IMG/VR virus record: IMGVR_UViG_3300030372_002165
Coordinates: 1-31,665 of that record
Origin: a virus
Lineage: Duplodnaviria > Caudoviricetes
Reading direction: 5' to 3' (one strand)
Length of the DNA: 31,665 nucleotides
The notes beneath the pieces were generated by a model. That model saw nothing but the letters and a program-made list of their open reading frames with translations. It made no database searches and had not been told where the DNA came from. Of the stretch, positions 23,925 to 31,665 are shown piece after piece. How positions within the stretch are numbered: the first letter of the stretch is position 1; every line of letters starts with the position of its first letter. The position numbers and the translations under genes are program-made.

Positions 23925-26900
23925 CTAATACCCATTTATTGTAGAATCAAAATCTACCATATTAAGTGTTTTAGCTTGATAATATATTGTACTCCCACTT
24001 GAATTGCTAATAGTAAATACTCCTCCACTTTCGCTAATTGTTATATTATTTTCTTCTCTTTTACTTAGTTCACTATATATATTTGCACCCTGTGTATGTA
24101 TGTGAGTGAATATACCAACTGCCCCTCCTGCTGATGCACTATTAGGTACTGCTGAAATTACTAAAAATCCTGCAGCTTGATTTCCACCTGCTACATTTGC
24201 ATTAAAAGTAACTGAAGCACCATTTGCAATAGTTCCATTTGTAAAACTATGCCCTATTGGTTTAATTGTAGCTAAATTTATAGCACCATTACTTCTAACT
24301 CTAAATTTTTCTGTTGGAGAACTTCCACCTGATTGTGTGTAAAGAGCTAAAAATGAGTTTCCATTACCATTAGCTGATTCGTGTCCTGAACAAATTTGAG
24401 TTTCAACTAATAATGATGATGATTGGTCATAAAAAAGACCTCTCATTCTTAATTTGTTTTGTATGTCTCCTGCATCAACTAAACTTGTGTCTTTATTTGT
24501 TAATACAACTTCTGTAACTCCACTTGTTTGATCATTTCCAACATATAAAGCACTTTTTTGAATAGTAACATTTCCATTGTTGTCTATTCTCATTTTTTCA
24601 GTTGGATCTGCACCTGCACTTGTTTTAAATACAAGAGCCATATTATTATTACCATCAGTATTTTCTCCCTGTATAATTGCACAACGAGTTGTATAACTAC
24701 TTGCTGTTGGTGCAAAATATATCCTATTATAAGCACCAGAGCCACCTGCTGCATTTCTTAAAAGTAAACCTCCACCTTCTTGTCCTGAATTAGATTTGTT
24801 TACTGAAATTAAATCAACTGCATTAACCCCTGAACTTGTGGTTTCAAACCTTTTAACATTATTATGGTATAATTCAACTTCTCCATTTCCAATAACTTTT
24901 ATACCATTTTCCCCTCCCTGAGGTCTAATAAATATATCATCTACTGCTTGTAAATATAAATCGTGTCCTGAGCCTTGAGATTGAATATATAAATCTCCTG
25001 CACTGCCTGTAGATGTTTGTATATAAGAATTTGCAGAATCATGGTAAATTTGTAAATCTTTTCCACTACCAAATGCTAATCTTGAGTAATCTGGGAATTT
25101 AGTATATAATTCATTTGTTGCAGAACTACCCCCATCTAATTGAAAATAAGTTGCATCTCCACCACTTCCATCATCACATTGAAAAACCAAATTTCCATTT
25201 AATGTTCTTTGCATTATATAAAAATCTCCATTTCCATTTTCTATATAACTACTTGCACCCCCACTATGATAAATTTTTAAATCTGAAGATGCACCTAAAT
25301 TTAATTTTTTATCATCTCCTAAATCAATATCATCTGAAAATGTAGCAGAGCCACCATTTGACATATCTAATTGTAAAGCTGTTATTGTACTACCACCATC
25401 ATTTCCTTTAAATAAAATATCTTTGTCTTGTATTGATGAAAATATTGCTAAGTCATCACTATCATCTTTAAATTTAGCATATTCAACTCCATTAACTTTT
25501 AATCTTATATCATTTCCTGCTGCATCTAAACTTAAATCTCCTCCACAATCTAATATTAAATCATCAACAGTAGCTATAGTTAAAATACCTGCTGAACTTT
25601 CTGTTAAGGTTGCAGCATTTGATCCATCTCCTGTAATGCCTAAACTTCCTTTAATTGTAACAACTCCTGCACTACTTATTTCTAATCTTCTTGAAGCATA
25701 AGGATCAGCAACTATACTTGATGTGTTTGTACTGAAAAATAAATTTCCATTATAATAACTAAATATTCCTGACCTCGTGTCAGTTGTACTTGTAACACCA
25801 TCTCCTCTGGTAGAAAAACCAATTCCACCTGGATTTGTAGAATCTAAAGTTGCATTAGGTCTGTGTATTCTTAAAGCTACATTATCTTCTGAATAAATAT
25901 CAACTCTGTGGTTGGGAGCTTGAGTTCCAAAACCAACCTCACCTCCATTTTCAATATTTATATTATTATTGTTTGATCCTGCAGCTCTACCAACACTAAA
26001 AATTCCACCCTCAGCACTCAAGTAACCTGTTGTGTCATTGTCTGATATTTGAACAATAGATTTATTTGTTCTAGACATAAATTTAGCAGTTGGAGTATTT
26101 CCACCCTCATTATTTACTACTAAAGTTGCTGTTTCGTTTGCTGCTAATGTTCCAATAACAACATTATATGACTTATCAATTTTTACAATAGGTGCTTCTA
26201 CATTAGCATAAGCAATTCTAAACTCATCACTAGCATCATCGTGCCCTATTGTATACTGAGCAGTACCATCATTAAAGAATTTAATTTCTGTATCACTTCC
26301 ACTAACAGCATCTAATCTTATTCTTGTATCTCCAGAAGCTGCTTTTAAATCTAAAACTTCAGCAGGTGTGATTCCAATACCAACCTTTTTTTCAAATTTA
26401 GCATCTTGGTCAGCTTCTAAAGTTAAAGCAAGTGCTGAGTTAGTGTAAAATCTTAATCTGTTTGCAACTGTGCTTCCTTCTATAGCTGCACTTCCAGATG
26501 ATCCCCATGATATATATTCTCCACTTCCAACAAGCAATTGTCCTGTTACAGTAACATTATTTGCAAAAGTTGCAAGTCCAGTTCCTCTATCTATTGTTAA
26601 TCTTGTTGTGTCTACATTTGTGCCAACACCAATTTTAAATAAATTATTAGATCCATCATATCTTATTGATGCACCATTTGCAGGACTTGCTGTTGTTCCC
26701 TCATGTAATAAAATTTTTGAATCTGCTCCTGATTGAGCAGTATTTATATTTAATAATGCACCTGATGTTTTTGATATATTTATATCTCCTGAACTATTTA
26801 CATCTTGAGATGTTGATAAACTTCCTGTAACAGAAATTGTACTTCCAGATTCTGACATTATAGAATCTGCAATTACATTTGTTGAACTAAATTTAGCAAT

Positions 26901-28889
26901 GTTTCCTGCTGTTCCTGTTCCATCAACTTGAGTATGGTCTAATTTTTCCCAAACATTTCCTGCTCCTGCAATAACCCAATCTCCAACTGCCCAATTTGAC
27001 AAACCATTTAATGATGAAGTTCCACCAACTGAAACAACAAAATAATGTCCCTGTGTTATAAAAGGAGAATTGTCAATTGTATATTCTTGACCAGAAATCA
27101 TAATGTCTGCATCAAGTGTTAATTGAGTATTACTATCAACATTTGTAACTAAAGCTGTTGCTCCTGATGCCTGGTTTATAACTTTGTCACCATTTGTGAC
27201 TGTGCTTGTAAAGTTTTGTCCTGACTGGATTAATTTATTTGTTGCAGTTCCTGTTGTTGTTCCTGAATCTGCTTCGCCACCTCCACTCTGTAAAGTAGGT
27301 GTGTTTGTGTTTGCATTCCATGTTCCCATGAATCTTAAACCACCTGCTAAAGTATTAATCTGACTTTGTGCTTTTCCAAATGCCTGTAAAATAGAATCAC
27401 TTGCTAAAATATTTGAAGCTGTTGGAGACGCTAAACCTGTTAGCACTTTTCCTGTTACTGAATCATTATCTAATGTGACTGCACCAGATACATTAGAGCT
27501 ACCATCAAAACCACTTATTGTGGCAGTCGCCTGACCAGTTAGAGAGATGTCTCTTGCATTTTGTAGAATTGTTGCTGATGCAGAGTTCACATTGATTGAA
27601 CTGGGTAGCCCTATTTGTAATTGTTGATTGCTAGCTGTAGTTTCAACTTCGTTTGCAGTTCCTATAACGCTAAATGTTTGTGTGTTTAGTGTTACATCCC
27701 CTGTTCCTGAATCTCCTGAAAAATCTAAATCAGAAGCATTGTCTAAACTTTTTACAAATGCTGTTGTAGCAATTTTTGTTGAATCATCTGAACTTGCTTG
27801 TGTTACAGCAGTTGATCCATCTGACAAAGTTCCAACTCCTGCAATGTTTCCTGTAACATCACCAGTCACATTTCCTGTTAAATTTCCTGTGACATTTCCC
27901 TGTAAATTTCTATGAACTGTGCTTGGTAAACTTAAAGTTAATTCTTGATTTGTTGCACTTGTTGTGATTTGATTTGTTGTCCCTGATACTAAAAAAGTTT
28001 GAGTGTTTAAATTAACATCTCCTGTGCCACTATCTCCACCAAAATCTAAATCACTTCCTGCATCTAAACTATCTACATAGGCTTTTGTAGCAGCATCTTG
28101 ATTTGCTGTAGGGTCTGTTAAACCTGATATTTTTCCTGTTACTGAAAGTCCTGAATTGCTTGTTGATAATCTTAATGTGTCATCATGGTATAAACTAACT
28201 GCACCATTTGTTGCAAAAGTAGCTAAGGTTTCTGAGCCTGCATTTGATTTTATTTCTAAATCATTAGTGTAAATTCTTAGATTTCCTGTTCCTGTTTCAT
28301 TAATATAAGAATGTGAGCCATCATGATAAATTTCTAAATCTTGTGAAGCTCCAAATCTTGCCTTTGCATTATCTGCAAAATCTATATTTCCTGCTATTGA
28401 TACATTTCCACTTAATGCAGGATTTGTAACTATTCCAACTCTTAACTGATTTCCACCTGCTGAAACAACTGAAGTTTCAATCTCATTTGTTGTTCCTAAT
28501 ATTCTAAATTGCTCACTATTTAAATCAACATCTCCTGCTACTGCAGCATCATCTCCTGTAAAATCTAAATCTTCTGCTGTGATTTGAGCAGCTACATAAC
28601 TAACTATTGCAGCACTTGTTGGTATGGTTGTATCATTATTATTGTTACCAATACCATCAGCAGCATCCACAAATTTTGTGATAGTTATATTTTCTCCTGT
28701 ATCTTTTAAAGAGCCAAATTCTAAAACAGAATTGACCTTAAAATCTCCTGCATTGTTTATATATAAACCAGTTGCATTTCCTGATCCATCAGTTAGTTGT
28801 TTAAGTGTTGCAGATATAACAGCATTGTCAATGGTCTTTATTAGACCAAAATAAGTATCTGATATTCTTGTATTATTTAATGTCGCCAT
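23925..28889 (-). CDS. Long tail fibre / receptor-binding protein (1654 aa)
   Basis: Gly/Ser/Thr/Asn-rich with DAATKAYVD, KIATTAFV, VGIG.TP and EKMRID..GNV fibre motifs and internal repeats. Confidence 0.85.
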   Translation of the reverse strand: MATLNNTRISDTYFGLIKTIDNAVISATLKQLTDGSGNATGLYINNAGDFKVNSVLEFGSLKDTGENITITKFVDAADGIGNNNNDTTIPTSAAIVSYVAAQITAEDLDFTGDDAAVAGDVDLNSEQFRILGTTNEIETSVVSAGGNQLRVGIVTNPALSGNVSIAGNIDFADNAKARFGASQDLEIYHDGSHSYINETGTGNLRIYTNDLEIKSNAGSETLATFATNGAVSLYHDDTLRLSTSNSGLSVTGKISGLTDPTANQDAATKAYVDSLDAGSDLDFGGDSGTGDVNLNTQTFLVSGTTNQITTSATNQELTLSLPSTVHRNLQGNVTGNLTGNVTGDVTGNIAGVGTLSDGSTAVTQASSDDSTKIATTAFVKSLDNASDLDFSGDSGTGDVTLNTQTFSVIGTANEVETTASNQQLQIGLPSSINVNSASATILQNARDISLTGQATATISGFDGSSNVSGAVTLDNDSVTGKVLTGLASPTASNILASDSILQAFGKAQSQINTLAGGLRFMGTWNANTNTPTLQSGGGEADSGTTTGTATNKLIQSGQNFTSTVTNGDKVINQASGATALVTNVDSNTQLTLDADIMISGQEYTIDNSPFITQGHYFVVSVGGTSSLNGLSNWAVGDWVIAGAGNVWEKLDHTQVDGTGTAGNIAKFSSTNVIADSIMSESGSTISVTGSLSTSQDVNSSGDINISKTSGALLNINTAQSGADSKILLHEGTTASPANGASIRYDGSNNLFKIGVGTNVDTTRLTIDRGTGLATFANNVTVTGQLLVGSGEYISWGSSGSAAIEGSTVANRLRFYTNSALALTLEADQDAKFEKKVGIGITPAEVLDLKAASGDTRIRLDAVSGSDTEIKFFNDGTAQYTIGHDDASDEFRIAYANVEAPIVKIDKSYNVVIGTLAANETATLVVNNEGGNTPTAKFMSRTNKSIVQISDNDTTGYLSAEGGIFSVGRAAGSNNNNINIENGGEVGFGTQAPNHRVDIYSEDNVALRIHRPNATLDSTNPGGIGFSTRGDGVTSTTDTRSGIFSYYNGNLFFSTNTSSIVADPYASRRLEISSAGVVTIKGSLGITGDGSNAATLTESSAGILTIATVDDLILDCGGDLSLDAAGNDIRLKVNGVEYAKFKDDSDDLAIFSSIQDKDILFKGNDGGSTITALQLDMSNGGSATFSDDIDLGDDKKLNLGASSDLKIYHSGGASSYIENGNGDFYIMQRTLNGNLVFQCDDGSGGDATYFQLDGGSSATNELYTKFPDYSRLAFGSGKDLQIYHDSANSYIQTSTGSAGDLYIQSQGSGHDLYLQAVDDIFIRPQGGENGIKVIGNGEVELYHNNVKRFETTSSGVNAVDLISVNKSNSGQEGGGLLLRNAAGGSGAYNRIYFAPTASSYTTRCAIIQGENTDGNNNMALVFKTSAGADPTEKMRIDNNGNVTIQKSALYVGNDQTSGVTEVVLTNKDTSLVDAGDIQNKLRMRGLFYDQSSSLLVETQICSGHESANGNGNSFLALYTQSGGSSPTEKFRVRSNGAINLATIKPIGHSFTNGTIANGASVTFNANVAGGNQAAGFLVISAVPNSASAGGAVGIFTHIHTQGANIYSELSKREENNITISESGGVFTISNSSGSTIYYQAKTLNMVDFDSTINGY

Positions 28890-28992
28890 CTTGTTCTTTT
28901 TTAGTTTCTTCTATTTTTTTTAAAAATATTTTTAATTTTCTCAAATTTTTTTCCTTTGGTTTTGATTTCCATGTGCTTCCTTTATAACTCAT
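28873..28992 (-). CDS. Small basic protein (39 aa), not in ORF track
   Basis: MSYKGSTWKSKPKEKNLRKLKIFLKKIEETKKEQDGDIK. ATGA overlap with the upstream stop. Confidence 0.55.
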   Translation of the reverse strand: MSYKGSTWKSKPKEKNLRKLKIFLKKIEETKKEQDGDIK

Positions 28993-29495
28993 AATACCCA
29001 CCCATTAAATGTTGCATCTTGAGATGGATAAATGTCATCATTAGAGTTTGATACATATTTAGGAAACAAACTTTGATTGAAAGCCATATAATCAATAAAC
29101 CTTCTAGAGTACCATTCAGCATTTGTTCTTGCTTTTTCTACCAGAAAATCCACCTCGTTTTTACTTACTGTTTCGCTTGTCTCACTAACATGCTTATAAA
29201 CCCCTCCATTTCTTATTTGGTATGCAGCAAAGGGAATGTATTCCACCTGAGCAAACCAGATCAACATGGGTTGTATATATTCTGTTAATAATGTTTTATA
29301 TTTAGCATTAGCTACTTGATCAATATTAGGCATTTTACTAATTAGCTCATTGTAAAGCTCAGTTCCCATATAGTTCTGTATGTGGATCTCCTGAGCAATT
29401 TTAATAAACTGTATAAATTTATTAGTATCTACATTGCCATCAATAATACTGTTTCTAACTAAATCTGTTCTATTTATAAATAATTGTGTTGCCAT
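28989..29495 (-). CDS. Putative head-tail adaptor/connector protein
   Basis: 168 aa helical protein immediately after the portal gene. Function inferred from position. Confidence 0.55.
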   Translation of the reverse strand: MATQLFINRTDLVRNSIIDGNVDTNKFIQFIKIAQEIHIQNYMGTELYNELISKMPNIDQVANAKYKTLLTEYIQPMLIWFAQVEYIPFAAYQIRNGGVYKHVSETSETVSKNEVDFLVEKARTNAEWYSRRFIDYMAFNQSLFPKYVSNSNDDIYPSQDATFNGWVL

Positions 29496-29498
29496 AAT

Positions 29499-31634
29499 TT
29501 ATCTCTTTGGATATGCACCTCTGCCAGGTAGTTTATCAGTTGCAATTTCACTTTGTCGTGTCCCTCTTGGATTTTTTATATAAGATCTAGGAATTGATCC
29601 AGTTCTTTTATAATTATCTAAGTTTGAACTTTCATATTTACCACTTTTTAATCTAAACAAAACCCTCTCCCAAACATGCTGACAATATATGCCACCTTTT
29701 AATTTAAATATATCATATCTAATACTGGGCTTATGCCTAAACTCTACATTTACACTTTCAAAATTACTAGCTCTGTCAATATCTTCTATTCTCCAAACTA
29801 AACCAGACCTTCTGTTGCCAGATAATCTCATCATTTCCCTGCAAAATGCTCTTGATTTTGAAGTTGTTGTGTAACCTTTGCCATTTGCATATCTATAACG
29901 AATTTTATAAAGACCATTTTTGCTGTCTAAATAACTAAACGCTGATCCATCTCTGGTGCTTCCTACATTATCCTCAGTTGCTCCTTTAAGACCAACAAAT
30001 TCTTTTATTTTAGCCAAAGTTGATTTTTTTGGTTTTATTAAATAATCAGCATAATCCTCAGCACTTATTTTATCATCTTTTAAAACAGCAACTTCTTCAT
30101 ATAATTCATCAATAGGTTTTCCAGTTTTTGCTAAACTACCAACAACGCTTTTTGCATCGTCATCACAAAGCTCAGTTGCTAATGGAACACAATTAGGAAC
30201 TTTTTTTCCATCTTTTATTTTCATTCCATATTGCTCATAACCTGGCTGACATGGTTTTTTTAATTTTTTTACATGATCTTTACAGGGCATATACCATGTT
30301 TTACCTTCATATTCATGCTCATGTGTTCCCTCACAGCCAATATTTTTAGCCATTTCTTCTGCTTTTTCTATTGTTGAATAAGCTAGCCTGTCATCAATAA
30401 TTGCAAAATCATCATCAACAGGTTTAGAAGTTAAATCTGTGCTAAATTCATAACCAGTTTCTTCTTCAATATCCTCTTTATCTTGTAACTCAGAATCTAC
30501 CTCAGTAAATTCTAAAGGTTGCAATGTTGTAAAATAGAGGTTTAAGGAAATATTATTATAAGCTAATATTTTATCAAAACAATCAATTAGCAATTCTTGA
30601 AATGGTCTTATAACTGTGTTGTCCATAAGCAAACTGGATACTTTTATTTCATCTGAGTTTGACGAAAAACCAGAATTTGTTCTTATACCTAATAAAAAAG
30701 GACTAACAATTCTGTGTGCTACCTGTATTTTTGATTGCGATTCTTCACTTAAAAATTGATATTGATTATGTGCATCACTTAATTGCACAGGCGTTATATC
30801 TGCAGCAGCTTCTTTATTATCATTAAATGCTAATATAAATTTTCCTGCATTTGATGTGCCTGCAAATTTTTGTGCAATTTTTTGTTCTAATAATTGTCTT
30901 TCTTCCTGGTTAGGTGTGCCATTGTTAAAATTAATTAACATACTTGGTGCTAAACCATTCATTATATTGTTTAAATGATAGTTAGATATTTCTTCTTCAA
31001 GCTCTGCATATTGTAAGCCTCCCTGATAATCTACAGGAGCATAATAATAAAAGCCTGCTTTATAAGGTTTTATGTAAAGTATTTCAATTGATTCTTTTGA
31101 CATTCCAAAAGCAGGAATTCTTTTAGGCACTTCATTTGGTTTTAATTTTGCCCAATCTTTAAAATAATAATATGCAGGTACTTCACCCTCTTCATTGGCT
31201 TTTGCAGCCCTTAATGTTTCAACTGGTATATGTTCTAACTTTACAATTTTGGATCTGTTTTTATTATATATAACCTGCACAGAACATTGTCCCATTAATT
31301 TTAAATCATAGCAAAGTTTTCTAACACAATCTTTTTTAAACAATGATACCATTTGTGCATATTCTTCTGGTTTTCTAGCTGAGTCAGTTGCATTTAATCC
31401 TTTACCATATATCTGCTGACTAATGCCATTAATTGCTGCATTGTTTGTTGGGCTACCATTGTATCTGTCAATTAAATATTGAAAATAATTATTGTCAGCA
31501 CCATAATCAACCCAGTCCCTGTTATTAACTTCTACAATTTCTGGTGATGTATAGGTGCTTAAATTAACAAAACTATATTCAGAGTTATGCCTTACAAATT
31601 GCCCTTTTTTATTTCTTTTTAAATTTTTTCTCAT
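29499..31634 (-). CDS. Portal protein with a long C-terminal extension
   Basis: YG.DN.Y..YL...Y..SPT..A.I.....IYG.G, H.NNI.NG..P and G..NAG motifs in the N-terminal ~400 aa. Confidence 0.82.
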   Translation of the reverse strand: MRKNLKRNKKGQFVRHNSEYSFVNLSTYTSPEIVEVNNRDWVDYGADNNYFQYLIDRYNGSPTNNAAINGISQQIYGKGLNATDSARKPEEYAQMVSLFKKDCVRKLCYDLKLMGQCSVQVIYNKNRSKIVKLEHIPVETLRAAKANEEGEVPAYYYFKDWAKLKPNEVPKRIPAFGMSKESIEILYIKPYKAGFYYYAPVDYQGGLQYAELEEEISNYHLNNIMNGLAPSMLINFNNGTPNQEERQLLEQKIAQKFAGTSNAGKFILAFNDNKEAAADITPVQLSDAHNQYQFLSEESQSKIQVAHRIVSPFLLGIRTNSGFSSNSDEIKVSSLLMDNTVIRPFQELLIDCFDKILAYNNISLNLYFTTLQPLEFTEVDSELQDKEDIEEETGYEFSTDLTSKPVDDDFAIIDDRLAYSTIEKAEEMAKNIGCEGTHEHEYEGKTWYMPCKDHVKKLKKPCQPGYEQYGMKIKDGKKVPNCVPLATELCDDDAKSVVGSLAKTGKPIDELYEEVAVLKDDKISAEDYADYLIKPKKSTLAKIKEFVGLKGATEDNVGSTRDGSAFSYLDSKNGLYKIRYRYANGKGYTTTSKSRAFCREMMRLSGNRRSGLVWRIEDIDRASNFESVNVEFRHKPSIRYDIFKLKGGIYCQHVWERVLFRLKSGKYESSNLDNYKRTGSIPRSYIKNPRGTRQSEIATDKLPGRGAYPKR

Positions 31635-31665
31635 GATGTTACAATATACTCATTATTGCCTGCAT
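31567..31665. repeat. Terminal direct repeat, copy 2
   Basis: Identical to 1-99. Confidence 0.97.

Noticed and set aside
28873-28992. Upstream ORF as an N-terminal extension of the tail fibre
   Set aside because: It is out of frame with the fibre ATG (offset 103 nt) and has its own stop.
982-29874. All plus-strand ORFs in the track (e.g. 2588-3052, 3562-3915, 4714-5178, 11170-11553)
   Set aside because: They are antisense shadows of well-supported minus-strand genes, with Ser/Phe/Leu-rich composition and no recognisable motifs.
21926-29901. Extra TCGTTATA cores inside coding regions (~21926 and ~29894)
   Set aside because: They lack TACAAA at the 14-nt spacing and are not next to a start codon. 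They are probably chance matches, though internal promoters cannot be excluded.
31567-31665. 99-bp terminal repeat as a biological DTR
   Set aside because: The length matches a common assembler k-mer and the repeat cuts through coding sequence. It is best explained as circular-contig overlap.
1-31665. CRISPR array, tRNA, diversity-generating retroelement, integrase/att site, or stop-codon recoding
   Set aside because: I saw no spaced repeats, cloverleaf, reverse transcriptase, TR/VR pair or recombinase motifs. Genes are intact under the standard code and use TAA, TGA and TAG as stops.

Overview
The window looks like a complete, circularly permuted ~31,566-bp genome of a small tailed dsDNA phage. 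Bases 1-99 are repeated exactly at 31567-31665, and the reading frames join across that junction. It is AT-rich and every credible gene is on the minus strand. Gene content and TTTG-N19-TATATTYR promoters suggest a Bacteroidota (Flavobacteriaceae-like) host; this is an inference. Modules: head (XkdF-like protease, scaffold, major capsid, portal with a long C-terminal extension), tail (tube-like protein, tape measure, tip proteins, 1654-aa fibre), lysis (M15 peptidase, holin-like proteins), packaging (TerS/TerL next to a ParB-MTase), and DNA metabolism/regulation (NinG, ERF, SSB-like, AAA helicase-like, 5'-3' exonuclease, ECF sigma, DnaA-domain-IV-like protein, a second minimal MTase). I recognised no integrase, DNA polymerase or primase. 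Main observations: (1) a hidden -1 frameshift ORF behind a T10 slippery site; (2) a TACAAA-N14-TCGTTATA promoter set that may be read by the phage ECF sigma; (3) near-total absence of CCG/CGG and of CG-centred palindromes; (4) DnaA-box-like inverted repeats over host-type promoters; (5) a shared [KE][VI][EK]L motif in head proteins; (6) a structured non-coding region followed by a G5/poly-U tract; (7) nine unannotated small ORFs. All family calls come from motif recognition by eye, not from database searches.
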